From NCBI GenBank assembly GCA_965213705.1, contig OZ243913.1:2112001-2176000 (forward strand): a DNA stretch of 64,000 nt, in the 5' to 3' direction. Source of the DNA: Trueperaceae bacterium (GTDB taxonomy: Bacteria > Deinococcota > Deinococci > Deinococcales > Trueperaceae). Made by a program: the position numbers and the translations under genes. Below the pieces are notes generated by a model that was given only the letters and a program-made list of their open reading frames with translations, had not been told where the DNA came from and made no database searches. Positions 47,525-57,146 of this stretch are shown in pieces. How positions within the stretch are numbered: position 1 is the first letter of the stretch; every line of letters starts with the position of its first letter.

Positions 47525-47772
47525 TACCACCCGCGCTGCTTGCCAAGCTCCGCCGTGATGCTTTCCGAGGTTTTGCCGCTGCCGTCGGCCAGTGCCCCGG
47601 CGTAGCGGGCGAACACGCCCTTCTCGCGCACCGGGCGCACGGTCATTTGGCCGTTGTCACCGACCTCGAACGTCAGCACGTCACCCTTGCGCAGTTTCAG
47701 CGCATCGCGCACCTCGGCGGGAATCGTGACTTGACCTTTGCTGGTGACCTTGGCATTTCCTACGACTGCCAC
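47524..47772 (-). CDS. AbrB/MazE/SpoVT-family antitoxin (VapB-like), copy 2
   Basis: KVTSKGQVTIPAEVRDALKLRKGD; identical to 50529-50777 except the last few residues. Confidence 0.9.
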   Translation of the reverse strand: MAVVGNAKVTSKGQVTIPAEVRDALKLRKGDVLTFEVGDNGQMTVRPVREKGVFARYAGALADGSGKTSESITAELGKQRGW

Positions 47773-47788
47773 AAAGACGCACCTCCAA

Positions 47789-47833
47789 GTAAGGCAAGTA
47801 TACGCCTTACGGTAAGGTAGTGGCGCGGCTTAC
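47789..47833 (-). promoter_or_regulatory. Antitoxin promoter/operator: GTAAGGC-N8-GCCTTAC and CCTTAC-N-GTAAGG around a TATACT -10 box
   Basis: Inverted repeats seen directly; duplicated at 50794-50838. Confidence 0.7.
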
Positions 47834-47845
47834 TTTACTGCTTCT

Positions 47846-49927
47846 TCATCCCTGCAAAACCTCTTGCAGCATCCCCTCGGTCTCCTGCTCCAAGCTCATA
47901 ATCTCCGCGCGGATGTCGCTCAGGGGGCGCAGCGGCTTGTACTGGTAAAAGTATTTGGTAAAGGAGATTTCGTAGCCCTTCACGGTTTTGCTTTCGTCTA
48001 TCCAGGCATCCGGCACGTGGGGCAAGACCTCGCGCCCGAAGTAGGCTTGTATGTCGTCTTTCAGCGGGACGTTTTCATAGTCGCGTAGTTGCGTATCCGG
48101 TTCGGGATTGCCTTTGCTGTCGGTGCAAATGTCGGCCAGTTCGTCCCGCTCGCCCAGTGCGTTCATAATGGCTTTTTTCAGGGGTGCGTTCAGTTTCAGC
48201 TCACTTTTCTTGATGGCAGCGTTCAGGTCACGCTCGAAGGCGTCGCGATTTTTGTAAAGTTTCTGGGTGTCCAGGGCTTGCAGCATGGCTTTAACGTCAT
48301 CCTGTAATTGTTTTCCCTCAGCTATCTCCGCTTGAGCCGCAGTGCCTTTTTTGTTGGATTTGGCTAAGTTGGCAAAAGCACTTTCGTCATCCAATCGGTC
48401 TAGGCGTTCTTCGTTCGCCTGGAAGCTCAAACGTAGCGGGCGCTCCACCGTGATGCGCCAGTAGCCGAAATCCTCGTTGTCGAAAATTTTGCTCACGGTC
48501 AGGGTTTCGTCGTCTCCGTTTTTGCCGAAGCTGCGCACCTCGCCGTCTCGGTTATCGCCGTGTATCTCGGTAATGGCGGCGATTTGGTTGGGACTACCCT
48601 CTTCGCCGTCGGCGATTTCGTTGCGCTTGTTACCGAGGCTGCGGCTCATCTTTTGATAGTAGTTCACGGCGTTGATAAGCTGGACCTTGCCCCGGCGCTC
48701 GAGCGCTTTATTGTTGCTCAAAATCCAGATGTAGGTGTAAATACCCGTGTTGTAAAAGAGCTGGTCGGGCAGCGCGATGATGGCTTCTAACCAATCGTTT
48801 TCGATAATCCACTTGCGTATGTCGCTCTCACCGCTGCCCGCGCCGCCGGAGAACAGCGGCGAACCGTTGAAGACGATGCCGACGCGGCTGCCGCCCTCGC
48901 TTTTGGGCTTCATCTTGGAAAGCATGTGCTGCAAGAACAAAAACGAGCCGTCGTTGATTCTCGGCAAGCCAGCGCCGAAGCGACCGGCGAAGCCTTTGTT
49001 TTCATACTCGTCTGTGATGTGCTTTTGCACCTTGCGCCATTCCACGCCGAAGGGCGGGTTGGAAAACATGTAGTCGAAGCGTTCGTCCCGTAGGCCGTCG
49101 CTGGTAAAGGTGTTGCCGAACTTGATGTTCGAGACGTTTTGGCCTTTAATCAGCATGTCGCTCTTGCAAATCGCGTAGCTCTCGGGGTTGATTTCTTGAC
49201 CAAAAACGACGGGTTTGGCGTCTTTATTGAGTTCGCGGATGTAGTCTTCTGCAATCGAGAGCATCCCGCCCGTGCCGCAGGCGGGGTCATAGATGGTTTT
49301 CACAACGCCCTTTTGTTGCAGTAACACCGCGTCGTTGTGAAGCAGCACGTTTACCATCAGCCGAATCACTTCGCGGGGGGTGAAGTGTTCGCCTGCGGTT
49401 TCGTTGGAGAGTTCGGAAAACTTGCGAATGAGTTCTTCGAAGACGTAGCCCATTTCCATGCTGTTGACCGCGTTAGGGTGCAAGTCGGTCTTGGCGAATT
49501 CTTTAAGAACCAGCAGTAGGATGTTGGCATTGTCCAGGCGGTCTATGTGTTCGTTGAAGCGAAAATACTCCATAATCTCGCGTCCGCTGGCTGAAAAGCC
49601 GTTGATGTAGTTTTTGAGGTTGGCGGCTAAGTTGTCGGGGTCTTCTTTGAGTTTTTGAAAGTCATACTTGCTGATGTTGTGAAAAGAGAGACCGGCTTGG
49701 CTGTTTAAGACAGGCTCCAAGTTACTCACGTTCAGCGCTTTGGCCCTGGTTTCGTAAAAGGTTATCACCTTGGCTTTGGTAGGCTCCAACACGCAGTCGA
49801 GACGGCGCAAGACGGTAAAGGGCAAAATCACCTTGCCGTAGTCGGCTTGTTTGTAGTCGCCGCGCAGTAAGTCGGCGACGCCCCAAATAAAACTGGCAAG
49901 TTCTTTCACTTTTGTGCTGCGGGTCAT
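47846..49927 (-). CDS. hsdM: Type I restriction-modification methyltransferase subunit
   Basis: FIWGVADLLRG, GEHFTPREV, YDPACGTGGML, SNPPFG, LPDQLFYNTGI. Confidence 0.97.
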   Translation of the reverse strand: MTRSTKVKELASFIWGVADLLRGDYKQADYGKVILPFTVLRRLDCVLEPTKAKVITFYETRAKALNVSNLEPVLNSQAGLSFHNISKYDFQKLKEDPDNLAANLKNYINGFSASGREIMEYFRFNEHIDRLDNANILLLVLKEFAKTDLHPNAVNSMEMGYVFEELIRKFSELSNETAGEHFTPREVIRLMVNVLLHNDAVLLQQKGVVKTIYDPACGTGGMLSIAEDYIRELNKDAKPVVFGQEINPESYAICKSDMLIKGQNVSNIKFGNTFTSDGLRDERFDYMFSNPPFGVEWRKVQKHITDEYENKGFAGRFGAGLPRINDGSFLFLQHMLSKMKPKSEGGSRVGIVFNGSPLFSGGAGSGESDIRKWIIENDWLEAIIALPDQLFYNTGIYTYIWILSNNKALERRGKVQLINAVNYYQKMSRSLGNKRNEIADGEEGSPNQIAAITEIHGDNRDGEVRSFGKNGDDETLTVSKIFDNEDFGYWRITVERPLRLSFQANEERLDRLDDESAFANLAKSNKKGTAAQAEIAEGKQLQDDVKAMLQALDTQKLYKNRDAFERDLNAAIKKSELKLNAPLKKAIMNALGERDELADICTDSKGNPEPDTQLRDYENVPLKDDIQAYFGREVLPHVPDAWIDESKTVKGYEISFTKYFYQYKPLRPLSDIRAEIMSLEQETEGMLQEVLQG

Positions 49928-50091
49928 TTTGCAATCTTACCAACGTTTGAGGCTCGAGCAGAGCGTGTTAAACTCACGCCCACCATGAAATTCTCAGCCG
50001 CCACCCTCCCCACCGAACACGCCGAGCACGTCACCCGACAGCGCGTCACGGGGGCGGGGCTCGAGTCTTTACACTTTTCATACGCCTTCAT

Positions 50092-50535
50092 TTACGGCGA
50101 GATGATGGTTAGTTTGGGAAAGGCCGCCCGGTACACCTTTTGGTCGAAGGTGAGGAGCCGCGTCTGGTGGTAGCTCGCGTGCGCGCCGATGATGAAGTCC
50201 GCCAGGATGCGCCGGGGACCCTCGTCGTTCGGTTGGCTGTTGCGTTGGCTGCGGCGGCGCTCGATGTAACCCCCGTAGGCGCGGCCCGCCAAGCGCCACA
50301 GGTCGTTCGGCATAGCCCACTCGACCCGGATGCGCGTGTCTTCTAAAAAGGTGGTGACAAAACGTTCGCTGCGCGCGGGCTCGGCGATGAGTTCGCAGTA
50401 GACCGGCGGTGAGATGATGAGTTCGCCGGACTCAGCGGTAGACTCGAGGGCGCGCTCGAGGGCGTCCAAGTCCGCTGCCTTTTCTCCTTGCAGGAGGCTT
50501 AGCAGCACGTTGGTATCGACGGCGGTCGTTACCAC
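50092..50535 (-). CDS. vapC: PIN-domain toxin VapC
   Basis: AVDTNVLL, VYCEL, LADFIIGAHA, LLTFD. Confidence 0.92.
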   Translation of the reverse strand: MVTTAVDTNVLLSLLQGEKAADLDALERALESTAESGELIISPPVYCELIAEPARSERFVTTFLEDTRIRVEWAMPNDLWRLAGRAYGGYIERRRSQRNSQPNDEGPRRILADFIIGAHASYHQTRLLTFDQKVYRAAFPKLTIISP

Positions 50536-50777
50536 CCACGCTCCTTCTTAAGCTCCGCCGTGATGCTTTCCGAAGTTTTGCCGCTGCCGTCGGCCAGTGC
50601 CCCGGCGTAGCGGGCGAACACGCCCTTCTCGCGCACCGGGCGCACGGTCATTTGGCCGTTGTCACCGACCTCGAACGTCAGCACGTCACCCTTGCGCAGT
50701 TTCAGCGCATCGCGCACCTCGGCGGGAATCGTGACTTGACCTTTGCTGGTGACCTTGGCATTTCCTACGACTGCCAC
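50529..50777 (-). CDS. AbrB/MazE/SpoVT-family antitoxin (VapB-like), copy 1
   Basis: SKGQVTIP motif; overlaps the vapC start. Confidence 0.92.
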   Translation of the reverse strand: MAVVGNAKVTSKGQVTIPAEVRDALKLRKGDVLTFEVGDNGQMTVRPVREKGVFARYAGALADGSGKTSESITAELKKERGW

Positions 50778-51252
50778 AAAGACGCACCTCCAAGTAAGGC
50801 AAGTATACGCCTTACCGTAAGGTGGCGGTGCGGCTTACCTAGCGGCTCTACCTCCAGCTTGGGAGCACGTTAACCCCCACCATAAACTTCTCATCCGCCA
50901 CCCTCCCCGCCGAACAAGTCCGCGCACGTCACCCGGCAGCGCGTCACGGAGACGGGGCTCGAGTGCATCTTTTATACCTACCAGCCCGGTGTAACGTTCA
51001 AACGTCACCAGCACGAAGCGGAGCAGACTACAGTTGTACTGAGCGGCGAACTCGTCTTCGCTTTCGACGCTGAGGAGGTGGGTTCGGCGGGGGCGCGGCG
51101 GTGCTGATTCCAAGGGGTAAGCCGCATCGGGCTTACGGGCCGGAGGGCGTGCCGGAGACGCGCACCTACAACGTGTTCAGCCCGGTGCGTAACGAGTTGC
51201 CTCGAGCGGCTACGCGGTAGAATTACCAGTCTCGCGACCCGCACGCCCTGTC

Positions 51253-51705
51253 ATGCCGAGGCCTTATCTTATGCTCACCCACCCCGACCTGCGCACCCTC
51301 ACCCTTCACGCCGACTGGGACGACAGCCTCGTCTCCGAACTGTGCCACGTCGCGCTGTTTTACTGCGAGAACGGCTTCTGGGACCGGCTCAAGGACGAGG
51401 CGCTAAACGTCCTCGAAACGCTGAACGGCGACACCTCCAGTTTGCACCGGCCCTTGCGGCAAGCCTTCAACGCTTGGCTGCTCGAGACGCAAAAGTACGA
51501 CTTCGACTTTGGAGCCGCCGAAGATTTGAGCGACCTTACCGCCGCCGAGCAGCGCCTCGCGGACGAGGTGCTCAACTACCACGCCGACCCCGCGATGTAC
51601 TCAATCGTCCACGCGGTCGACGAAGACCGGGGCGACGACGCTTGGTTTTTGTGCTACCTGTCGGACGTTGAGGACTTGGGGTTGGACAAGACGATTTCGG
51701 CTTGA
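51253..51705 (+). CDS. Acidic hypothetical protein
   Basis: 150-aa ORF; counted 30 D/E versus 10 K/R. Confidence 0.72.
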   Translation: MPRPYLMLTHPDLRTLTLHADWDDSLVSELCHVALFYCENGFWDRLKDEALNVLETLNGDTSSLHRPLRQAFNAWLLETQKYDFDFGAAEDLSDLTAAEQRLADEVLNYHADPAMYSIVHAVDEDRGDDAWFLCYLSDVEDLGLDKTISA

Positions 51706-51905
51706 GCGGCTCATCAAAACACAACCGCTTTTGAACCCTGCCCCCTCAACAAGGGGGGTGGCCCTTCGGGCCGGGGGGATTTGCAACGAGGCCGCGAACT
51801 CGCCCAAACGTGAATTAGTTCGAGCCACAGAGGAGCGGGGTTCCGCTACGATTCAGGCATGACGTTTTTGAGTGATTGCCGACAGCTGAAAAAGCTCGAG
51901 CCCTC

Positions 51906-52106
51906 ATGCTGAGCCAAATACTTGTCGGACTTCTCACGGGCAGCGTCGGGGTGGGCTACTTCATGTACGGGAAAAAGCGCTCGAGATTCGTCCCCATGCT
52001 GGCGGGCGCGGCGCTCTGTCTTTACCCCTACGCGGTCAGCAACCTGTTCTGGTTGCTCGCTGTCGGCGCGGCGCTCCTCGCACTGCCTTTTGTGCTGAAG
52101 GTTTGA
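51906..52106 (+). CDS. Small membrane protein
   Basis: GSVGVGYFMYGKK...LCLYPY; three hydrophobic segments. Confidence 0.75.
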   Translation: MLSQILVGLLTGSVGVGYFMYGKKRSRFVPMLAGAALCLYPYAVSNLFWLLAVGAALLALPFVLKV

Positions 52107-52153
52107 GTCACCCCGACCTCTTTTTGCCGTGGTAAACCGTTACACTGGTCGCC

Positions 52154-52783
52154 ATGACAGCCCCGACCCTACCCGCCGAGCTAACTTTCGACGAGCGCGG
52201 CCTCGTCCCCGTCATCACCCAAGACGCTTCCAGCGGCGAGGTGCTGATGTTCGCCTGGGCGACCCGCGAAGCCGTAGAGAAAACGCTGCAAACCCGCCAA
52301 GCCCACTACTTCAGCCGTTCGCGCGGCGAACTGTGGCGCAAGGGCGCGACGAGCGGGCACGTTCAGGAGGTCGTCGAGGTCCGCTACGACTGCGACGGTG
52401 ACGCGGTGCTCTACCGCGTGCTGCAAACCGGCGCGGCCTGCCACACGGGTGCTCGGAGTTGCTTTTACCGCGCTTTGACCGAGGAGGCAAGTCCCTCACT
52501 GGGCGACGTGATGGGGCTGCTCGAGCGCGTCGTCGGCGACCGCCTGGCAACCCTGCCCGAAGGTTCTTACGTCACAAAACTGCACGAACGCGGTTTGGGT
52601 TATATCGCGCAAAAGGTCGTCGAGGAGGCGGGCGAGAGCATCGTCGCGGCCTTGGAGCACAAGGACGACGAACTGCTGGGCGAGGCCGCCGACCTCGTGT
52701 TTCACCTCACGGTGCTCTTGAAAGAAAGAGGTTTGAGTTTGAAGGAAGTGACGGACGTTTTAGCTGCGCGGCACCGAGACTAG
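52154..52783 (+). CDS. hisIE: Bifunctional phosphoribosyl-AMP cyclohydrolase / phosphoribosyl-ATP diphosphatase
   Basis: [53 protein letters not shown]. Confidence 0.96.
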   Translation: MTAPTLPAELTFDERGLVPVITQDASSGEVLMFAWATREAVEKTLQTRQAHYFSRSRGELWRKGATSGHVQEVVEVRYDCDGDAVLYRVLQTGAACHTGARSCFYRALTEEASPSLGDVMGLLERVVGDRLATLPEGSYVTKLHERGLGYIAQKVVEEAGESIVAALEHKDDELLGEAADLVFHLTVLLKERGLSLKEVTDVLAARHRD

Positions 52784-53063
52784 AAGGGAGCGGAGGAGGT
52801 ACAAGGTTCTCTCCCCCGCTCCTCCCAGTCCTCTCTCGCACGTCGGCGCCGAGTGCCAGGGCGAACAGGTAGCGACCTGTGGGTTCTTTGACGTGTGGGA
52901 CTCGACCGCGGGAGTGTTCAAGACCGCCCCCAACCCTCGGAACTGCTTACGGAAGTAAAAAATTTTGGATAGGGTGTCCCGACGCGCCTCTTTGAACTTG
53001 TCTACTCACGTCTCTAAGCAAAAGGGTGGGCGGGTTTCATGAGGCGCGGCGACACTGGTAGAC

Positions 53064-53291
53064 GTGGACGGGTTCAGCGCAGCAACGGTTTGGCTTCAAG
53101 AGGCGGCGCTCTCGCCCGCCGTCTGGCAAGGCGAGGTGGACTGCGTCGTCGGGCCGTTCTCGAGCCGCAAATTGGCCCAAAATTTTGTCACGTTCCAAGT
53201 CGACTTCGACCCCGAAGCTGCCGTCGTCAACGACCTTTTCGCGCGCGGCGACGCCTGGTACGTCGAGTTGCGCACCCTGCATTGGGGCTGA
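53064..53291 (+). CDS. Small hypothetical protein
   Basis: 75-aa ORF, GTG start, protein-like composition (VVGPFSS...AWYVEL). Confidence 0.5.
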   Translation: MDGFSAATVWLQEAALSPAVWQGEVDCVVGPFSSRKLAQNFVTFQVDFDPEAAVVNDLFARGDAWYVELRTLHWG

Positions 53292-53303
53292 GAAAGCTCG
53301 CGG

Positions 53304-54194
53304 TCAGCGTTTGCGCTCGAGCCCGCGCAACGGCAACCGGTACAACTCGCGCCACAAGCCCGCTTTGGGGTAGTAGTCGGCACTTTTTAAGAACAGCCGG
53401 TACCCTTCGGCCTGGTGGCCGGTTTCGAAACAGCGCCGCACTCCGTAGCGAAACATGCGCGCCAGTACCAGGTTGCGGTCCCGGCGCCGAGCCGGGCCGC
53501 CTGCATATTCGTTGCGCCGGTCTCGTTCCAGAACGAAGTCGACCCCGAGGAGCAGCGAGGCGACCTCGTTCGTTTTGGTCGCCTCGTGTTGCCGGTAGCC
53601 GTAGATGACGGGTGAGGTCACGAACGCAAAACCCGGCGCGGTGCCGAGTCGCAAAAACAGGTCGTGGTCTTCCGACGAGATGTTTTTTTCCAGAAAGCCG
53701 CCGCTCGCTTTCAACAGGTCCGTCCGAACGGCCGCCGCTACCGTGATGGGGTAGCGGGCCCTGGCCGCCGCCAGGTAGTCCGGCCAATATTCGGCAGCCA
53801 GGGGTTCGCGCCGTGACGCCAAAAATGTGGCTTCGTCGCTGAACCTGTCGGGTTTGGACATAATGATGGTGGCCTGGTGCGCCCGCGCCACTTCGTCGTA
53901 AACGGCCAAGCTCCAGGGCAGCAGCAGGTCGTCGCTGTCCAAAAAGACGACGTACTCGCCGCGGGCATGTTTCAGGCCCAAGTTGCGAGCGCTGCCCGGT
54001 CCCCGGTTGGTCTGCCTGAGCGCGGTCACCCGGTCGCCGCACCTCTCCAGCAGGGCGTGCGTCTCGTCGGCGGAACCGTCGTCGACGACGATGGTTTCAA
54101 AATCTTCAAACGTCTGAGCGAAAACCGACTGCAGCGTGCGCTCGAGCAGCGCCGCGCGGTTGTAGGTCGGAATGATAAGGGAGAATCGGGGCAT
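53304..54194 (-). CDS. Glycosyltransferase family 2
   Basis: SLIIPTYNR, VVDDGSAD, GPGSARNLG, FLDSDD, EDHDLFLR. Confidence 0.92.
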   Translation of the reverse strand: MPRFSLIIPTYNRAALLERTLQSVFAQTFEDFETIVVDDGSADETHALLERCGDRVTALRQTNRGPGSARNLGLKHARGEYVVFLDSDDLLLPWSLAVYDEVARAHQATIIMSKPDRFSDEATFLASRREPLAAEYWPDYLAAARARYPITVAAAVRTDLLKASGGFLEKNISSEDHDLFLRLGTAPGFAFVTSPVIYGYRQHEATKTNEVASLLLGVDFVLERDRRNEYAGGPARRRDRNLVLARMFRYGVRRCFETGHQAEGYRLFLKSADYYPKAGLWRELYRLPLRGLERKR

Positions 54195-54441
54195 ACCACC
54201 CTGTATCCTAGCTGAAGCCGCCGTTTTGGGGTAGGAAAAAGAGCACGTCGCGGCCGTGCGTTTTTGCAGAAACGGCAGACCTGCTTGGGTAAAAAGTCGC
54301 GGGTGAAAAGTCTTGGGTGACCAGGGGTGTGAAGAAACCGGGTTGGCTGTGACGGGAAAGTCAGCTTGCGCGAGGCTGCGAGAGTCGCAAACTCGAGTAC
54401 ACCACGCCGTTGCCGAGGGCGCGTGTGCCACAATGACTTTC

Positions 54442-55497
54442 ATGACCAAAAAAAGGAACAGCTCAAGCGACGTAGCTCCCGGCGGTGCGGCACTGGCAAC
54501 GGACAGGCGCAGCGGCGGGATGGACATGGAGCGCGCCCTCGTCCTCGACACGGTGCGGGTGACCGAGCAAGCGGCTATCGCCGCGAGTCGGGTGGCGGGT
54601 AAGGGCGACGCGGACTTGGTCGACCAAGCGGGCACCGACGCCATGCGCACCGTCCTGAACGAACTCGACATCGACGGCGAAATCGTCATCGGCGAGGGCG
54701 AGCGTGACGAAGCGCCGATGCTCTACATCGGTGAACGGGTCGGCCGGGCCGGGCCGGACGCCTGGGCCGTCGACATCGCCGTCGACCCGGTCGAGGGCAC
54801 GAACATCACCGCGCGACTTATCAGCAACTCGGTCGCGGTCATCGCGATTGCTGAGAAGGGCGGACTGTTCCAGGCGCCCGACACCTACATGGAAAAGCTC
54901 ATCGTCGGGCCGCCCGCCGCGGGCAAAGTGGACCTGAGTTGGCCGGTCGCGGCGAACCTGCGCAGCGTCGCGATGAGCTTGGACCGCGCCGTAAGCGACC
55001 TGACCGTGGTGATTTTGGACCGCCCCCGGCACGAACAGCTCATCAAAGAGGTGCGCGAGACCGGCGTGCGCGTGAAACTCATCGGCGACGGCGACGTGAT
55101 TGCGGCCTTGTCGGCGGCGGTGCGCGGCACCAACGTCCACGCGGTCATGGGCACGGGCGGCGCGCCCGAAGGCGTCCTCGCGGCGGCGGCCATGAAGTGT
55201 TTGGGCGGCGAGATTCAGGGCCGTTTCAAACCGCGCAACGACGCCGAAAAAGCGCGTCTGGAGGCGATGGGCGCGTCTACCGAGAAAGTCTACACGACCG
55301 ACGACTTAGCGCCCGGCAAAAACATCGTCTTCAGCGCGACCGGCATTACCGACGGCGACCTGCTGCGCGGCGTCAAGTTTTTCAAAAACGGCGCACGCAC
55401 GCACACCGTGGCGATGGGGTACCACTCGAGAGTGGTGCGCTTCTCAGACGCGGTCCACCTGCTCGAGGCGGGCGCGCGGGTCAACATCCAGATGTAG
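54442..55497 (+). CDS. glpX: Class II fructose-1,6-bisphosphatase
   Basis: [55 protein letters not shown]; start may be 54442 or ~54520. Confidence 0.95.
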   Translation: MTKKRNSSSDVAPGGAALATDRRSGGMDMERALVLDTVRVTEQAAIAASRVAGKGDADLVDQAGTDAMRTVLNELDIDGEIVIGEGERDEAPMLYIGERVGRAGPDAWAVDIAVDPVEGTNITARLISNSVAVIAIAEKGGLFQAPDTYMEKLIVGPPAAGKVDLSWPVAANLRSVAMSLDRAVSDLTVVILDRPRHEQLIKEVRETGVRVKLIGDGDVIAALSAAVRGTNVHAVMGTGGAPEGVLAAAAMKCLGGEIQGRFKPRNDAEKARLEAMGASTEKVYTTDDLAPGKNIVFSATGITDGDLLRGVKFFKNGARTHTVAMGYHSRVVRFSDAVHLLEAGARVNIQM

Positions 55498-55682
55498 GTT
55501 CAAGTGTGGTTTTCCTGCAGGCCGGTAGCTACGGCTTTTACCTCTTTTACCTCCCGTCCCGCGTGCCGGCGGTCTGATGCCCGAGAACGAAGGTCGAGGC
55601 GGACAAGCCGGGGTGGTCCTGGGCGTCACGGTGAAACTAGGCGCCTCATGCAAACCGGACGGTTTTACCCTACACTGTCCGC

Positions 55683-56216
55683 ATGTTCGCCACCGACTTT
55701 TTCTTCGAAAAACTGTCCACCGGAGAAACGGCCTTTTACCCTTACGGCGCGATGAGTCGCGGTTACGTCTTGACACCCGAACAAGAAGTCGAAGCCCGGC
55801 GGCGCATGAAGCGCCTAGTGGGATTTTGGGTGGCGGAATTCGTTTCCATGATGTTGCTCATTTGGTTTGTGAGCTTCTCACCCGTAACCCTGGTGTTGCT
55901 CTTGGGCACGTTGGCCCTTTTGTCGGAAAGTGTCTCCCACTTTTACCTGAGTCCCGTTCTCAATCCGGCGCGCCGGGCACCCAAACTGGGTTTCAAAGGG
56001 TGGTTGCGTGGTTTGGGCAGGGTGCGGGGCCAAAGCCGAGCGGCAGGTATTTTCCTCTTCTTGACGGCTTTGCTGTGGATTTTTATTGGAATGTTGCCAC
56101 AGGGTCCAAACACGGGTCCAGACATAGCCGCCTTTCTTATGGCCGCTGTTTTTGTGGTTTTTGGCGCAGTCCATTTTTACGCTGCCGACGAACACGGTGT
56201 AAAAACGAGGCGCTGA
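55683..56216 (+). CDS. Membrane hypothetical protein
   Basis: FYPYGAMSRGYVL followed by four hydrophobic segments; TACACT 6 nt upstream. Confidence 0.72.
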   Translation: MFATDFFFEKLSTGETAFYPYGAMSRGYVLTPEQEVEARRRMKRLVGFWVAEFVSMMLLIWFVSFSPVTLVLLLGTLALLSESVSHFYLSPVLNPARRAPKLGFKGWLRGLGRVRGQSRAAGIFLFLTALLWIFIGMLPQGPNTGPDIAAFLMAAVFVVFGAVHFYAADEHGVKTRR

Positions 56217-56301
56217 GAACCCGGCCCAGCCGGGTCGAACTGTAAGGTCTGCGCCTCGCGATGAGCCAGATGTTTGTGCCAAGTTCCGCTGGAGGCGTGA
56301 C

Positions 56302-57081
56302 GTGAAGCTCGAGCTGCTGCCCCTTTTGCAAACCCAACGAGACCTCTACGAGGTTCCGCGCGGCCCGGCGCGTTTTGGGGCTTATCTCGAGGCGATGACC
56401 GGGGGTGGGGAAGACCTCGTTTTGCCCTTGGCGGGCATGAACCCGCTGGGCAAGGAACACGTGGCCGCGCTCGTCGACAGCCTCCTCGCTTGGGACGCCG
56501 AAGCGCGAGTCGCCGAGGTGTTGGCGGTAGCTTCGGACCAGCTCGGTGGGTTTGACGGCGTTTTGAAAGTCGGCCTCGTGCTGACCGACGACCTTGGGGG
56601 CGGCTGGACGAACCGTTACCTGAGCGACATGACGCAGCGCTTCAAAAATGCTTATGACTTGGAGAACCGCTGGGCGCTCGTGCCGGTATGGACGAGCCAA
56701 GTTTGGACGCCGGCCGCCCTCGAGCAAGCCGTCCTGAGCACGGTCTACCGCACGGTTTACAAACAGGTTCACGGTTTGCCGGTCACGCTCGCGGAAATGT
56801 TGGAGCAAGAGGGGCGAGCTTTGGACTTTGCCGGGGTAACGTTCGCGCTCGAGCCGGATGACCTAGAGTACAGCCGTGCGGTGTTGGGGCCGTACACGTC
56901 CGCGACCGAGTGGGCGGTAATTTTACCTTGCCTTTACGGCGACGCGGCGGCGCGCTCGGTCGGACATCCGCCTTTGGGCTTGTCACCAAACGCGGGTTAC
57001 GCGGTGGCGCTCTCGGGCGCGCGGCGCGAAGCCGGTAGCGGCCTTACCCGTCGGCCTGACGTTCTCTTGACAGCCCCCTGA
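56302..57081 (+). CDS. Hypothetical protein
   Basis: 259-aa ORF with GGAGG RBS; MNPLGKEH, DDLGGGWTNRY, LYGDAAA. Confidence 0.75.
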   Translation: MKLELLPLLQTQRDLYEVPRGPARFGAYLEAMTGGGEDLVLPLAGMNPLGKEHVAALVDSLLAWDAEARVAEVLAVASDQLGGFDGVLKVGLVLTDDLGGGWTNRYLSDMTQRFKNAYDLENRWALVPVWTSQVWTPAALEQAVLSTVYRTVYKQVHGLPVTLAEMLEQEGRALDFAGVTFALEPDDLEYSRAVLGPYTSATEWAVILPCLYGDAAARSVGHPPLGLSPNAGYAVALSGARREAGSGLTRRPDVLLTAP

Positions 57082-57146
57082 CCTTGCGCTGAACTGCTTT
57101 CGTTACGCTGCGAGAGCTGCGAAAACAGCGAAAGGGAGGTAAGGGA

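Larger units (their letters stand above)
49979..50964. repeat. ~88-bp imperfect direct repeats (49979-50066 and 50876-50964) flanking the abrB-vapC cassette
   Basis: cccaccat...ttctca.ccgccaccctcccc.ccgaaca...gcacgtcacccg.cagcgcgtcacgg...cggggctcgagt in both copies. Confidence 0.85.

Noticed and set aside
49924..50091. 55-codon ORF from the hsdS relic ending at the hsdM start
   Set aside because: Only the first ~10 codons resemble HsdS; the rest reads through repeat DNA and is probably open by chance.
41782..51000. Island as an integrative or transposable element
   Set aside because: No integrase, transposase, tRNA target or terminal inverted repeats seen.
53304..54689. 461-aa extended glycosyltransferase (similar over-extensions for tatD, xpt, dctQ)
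   Set aside because: Extensions overlap neighbouring genes or promoters; family homology starts at the downstream start codons given.
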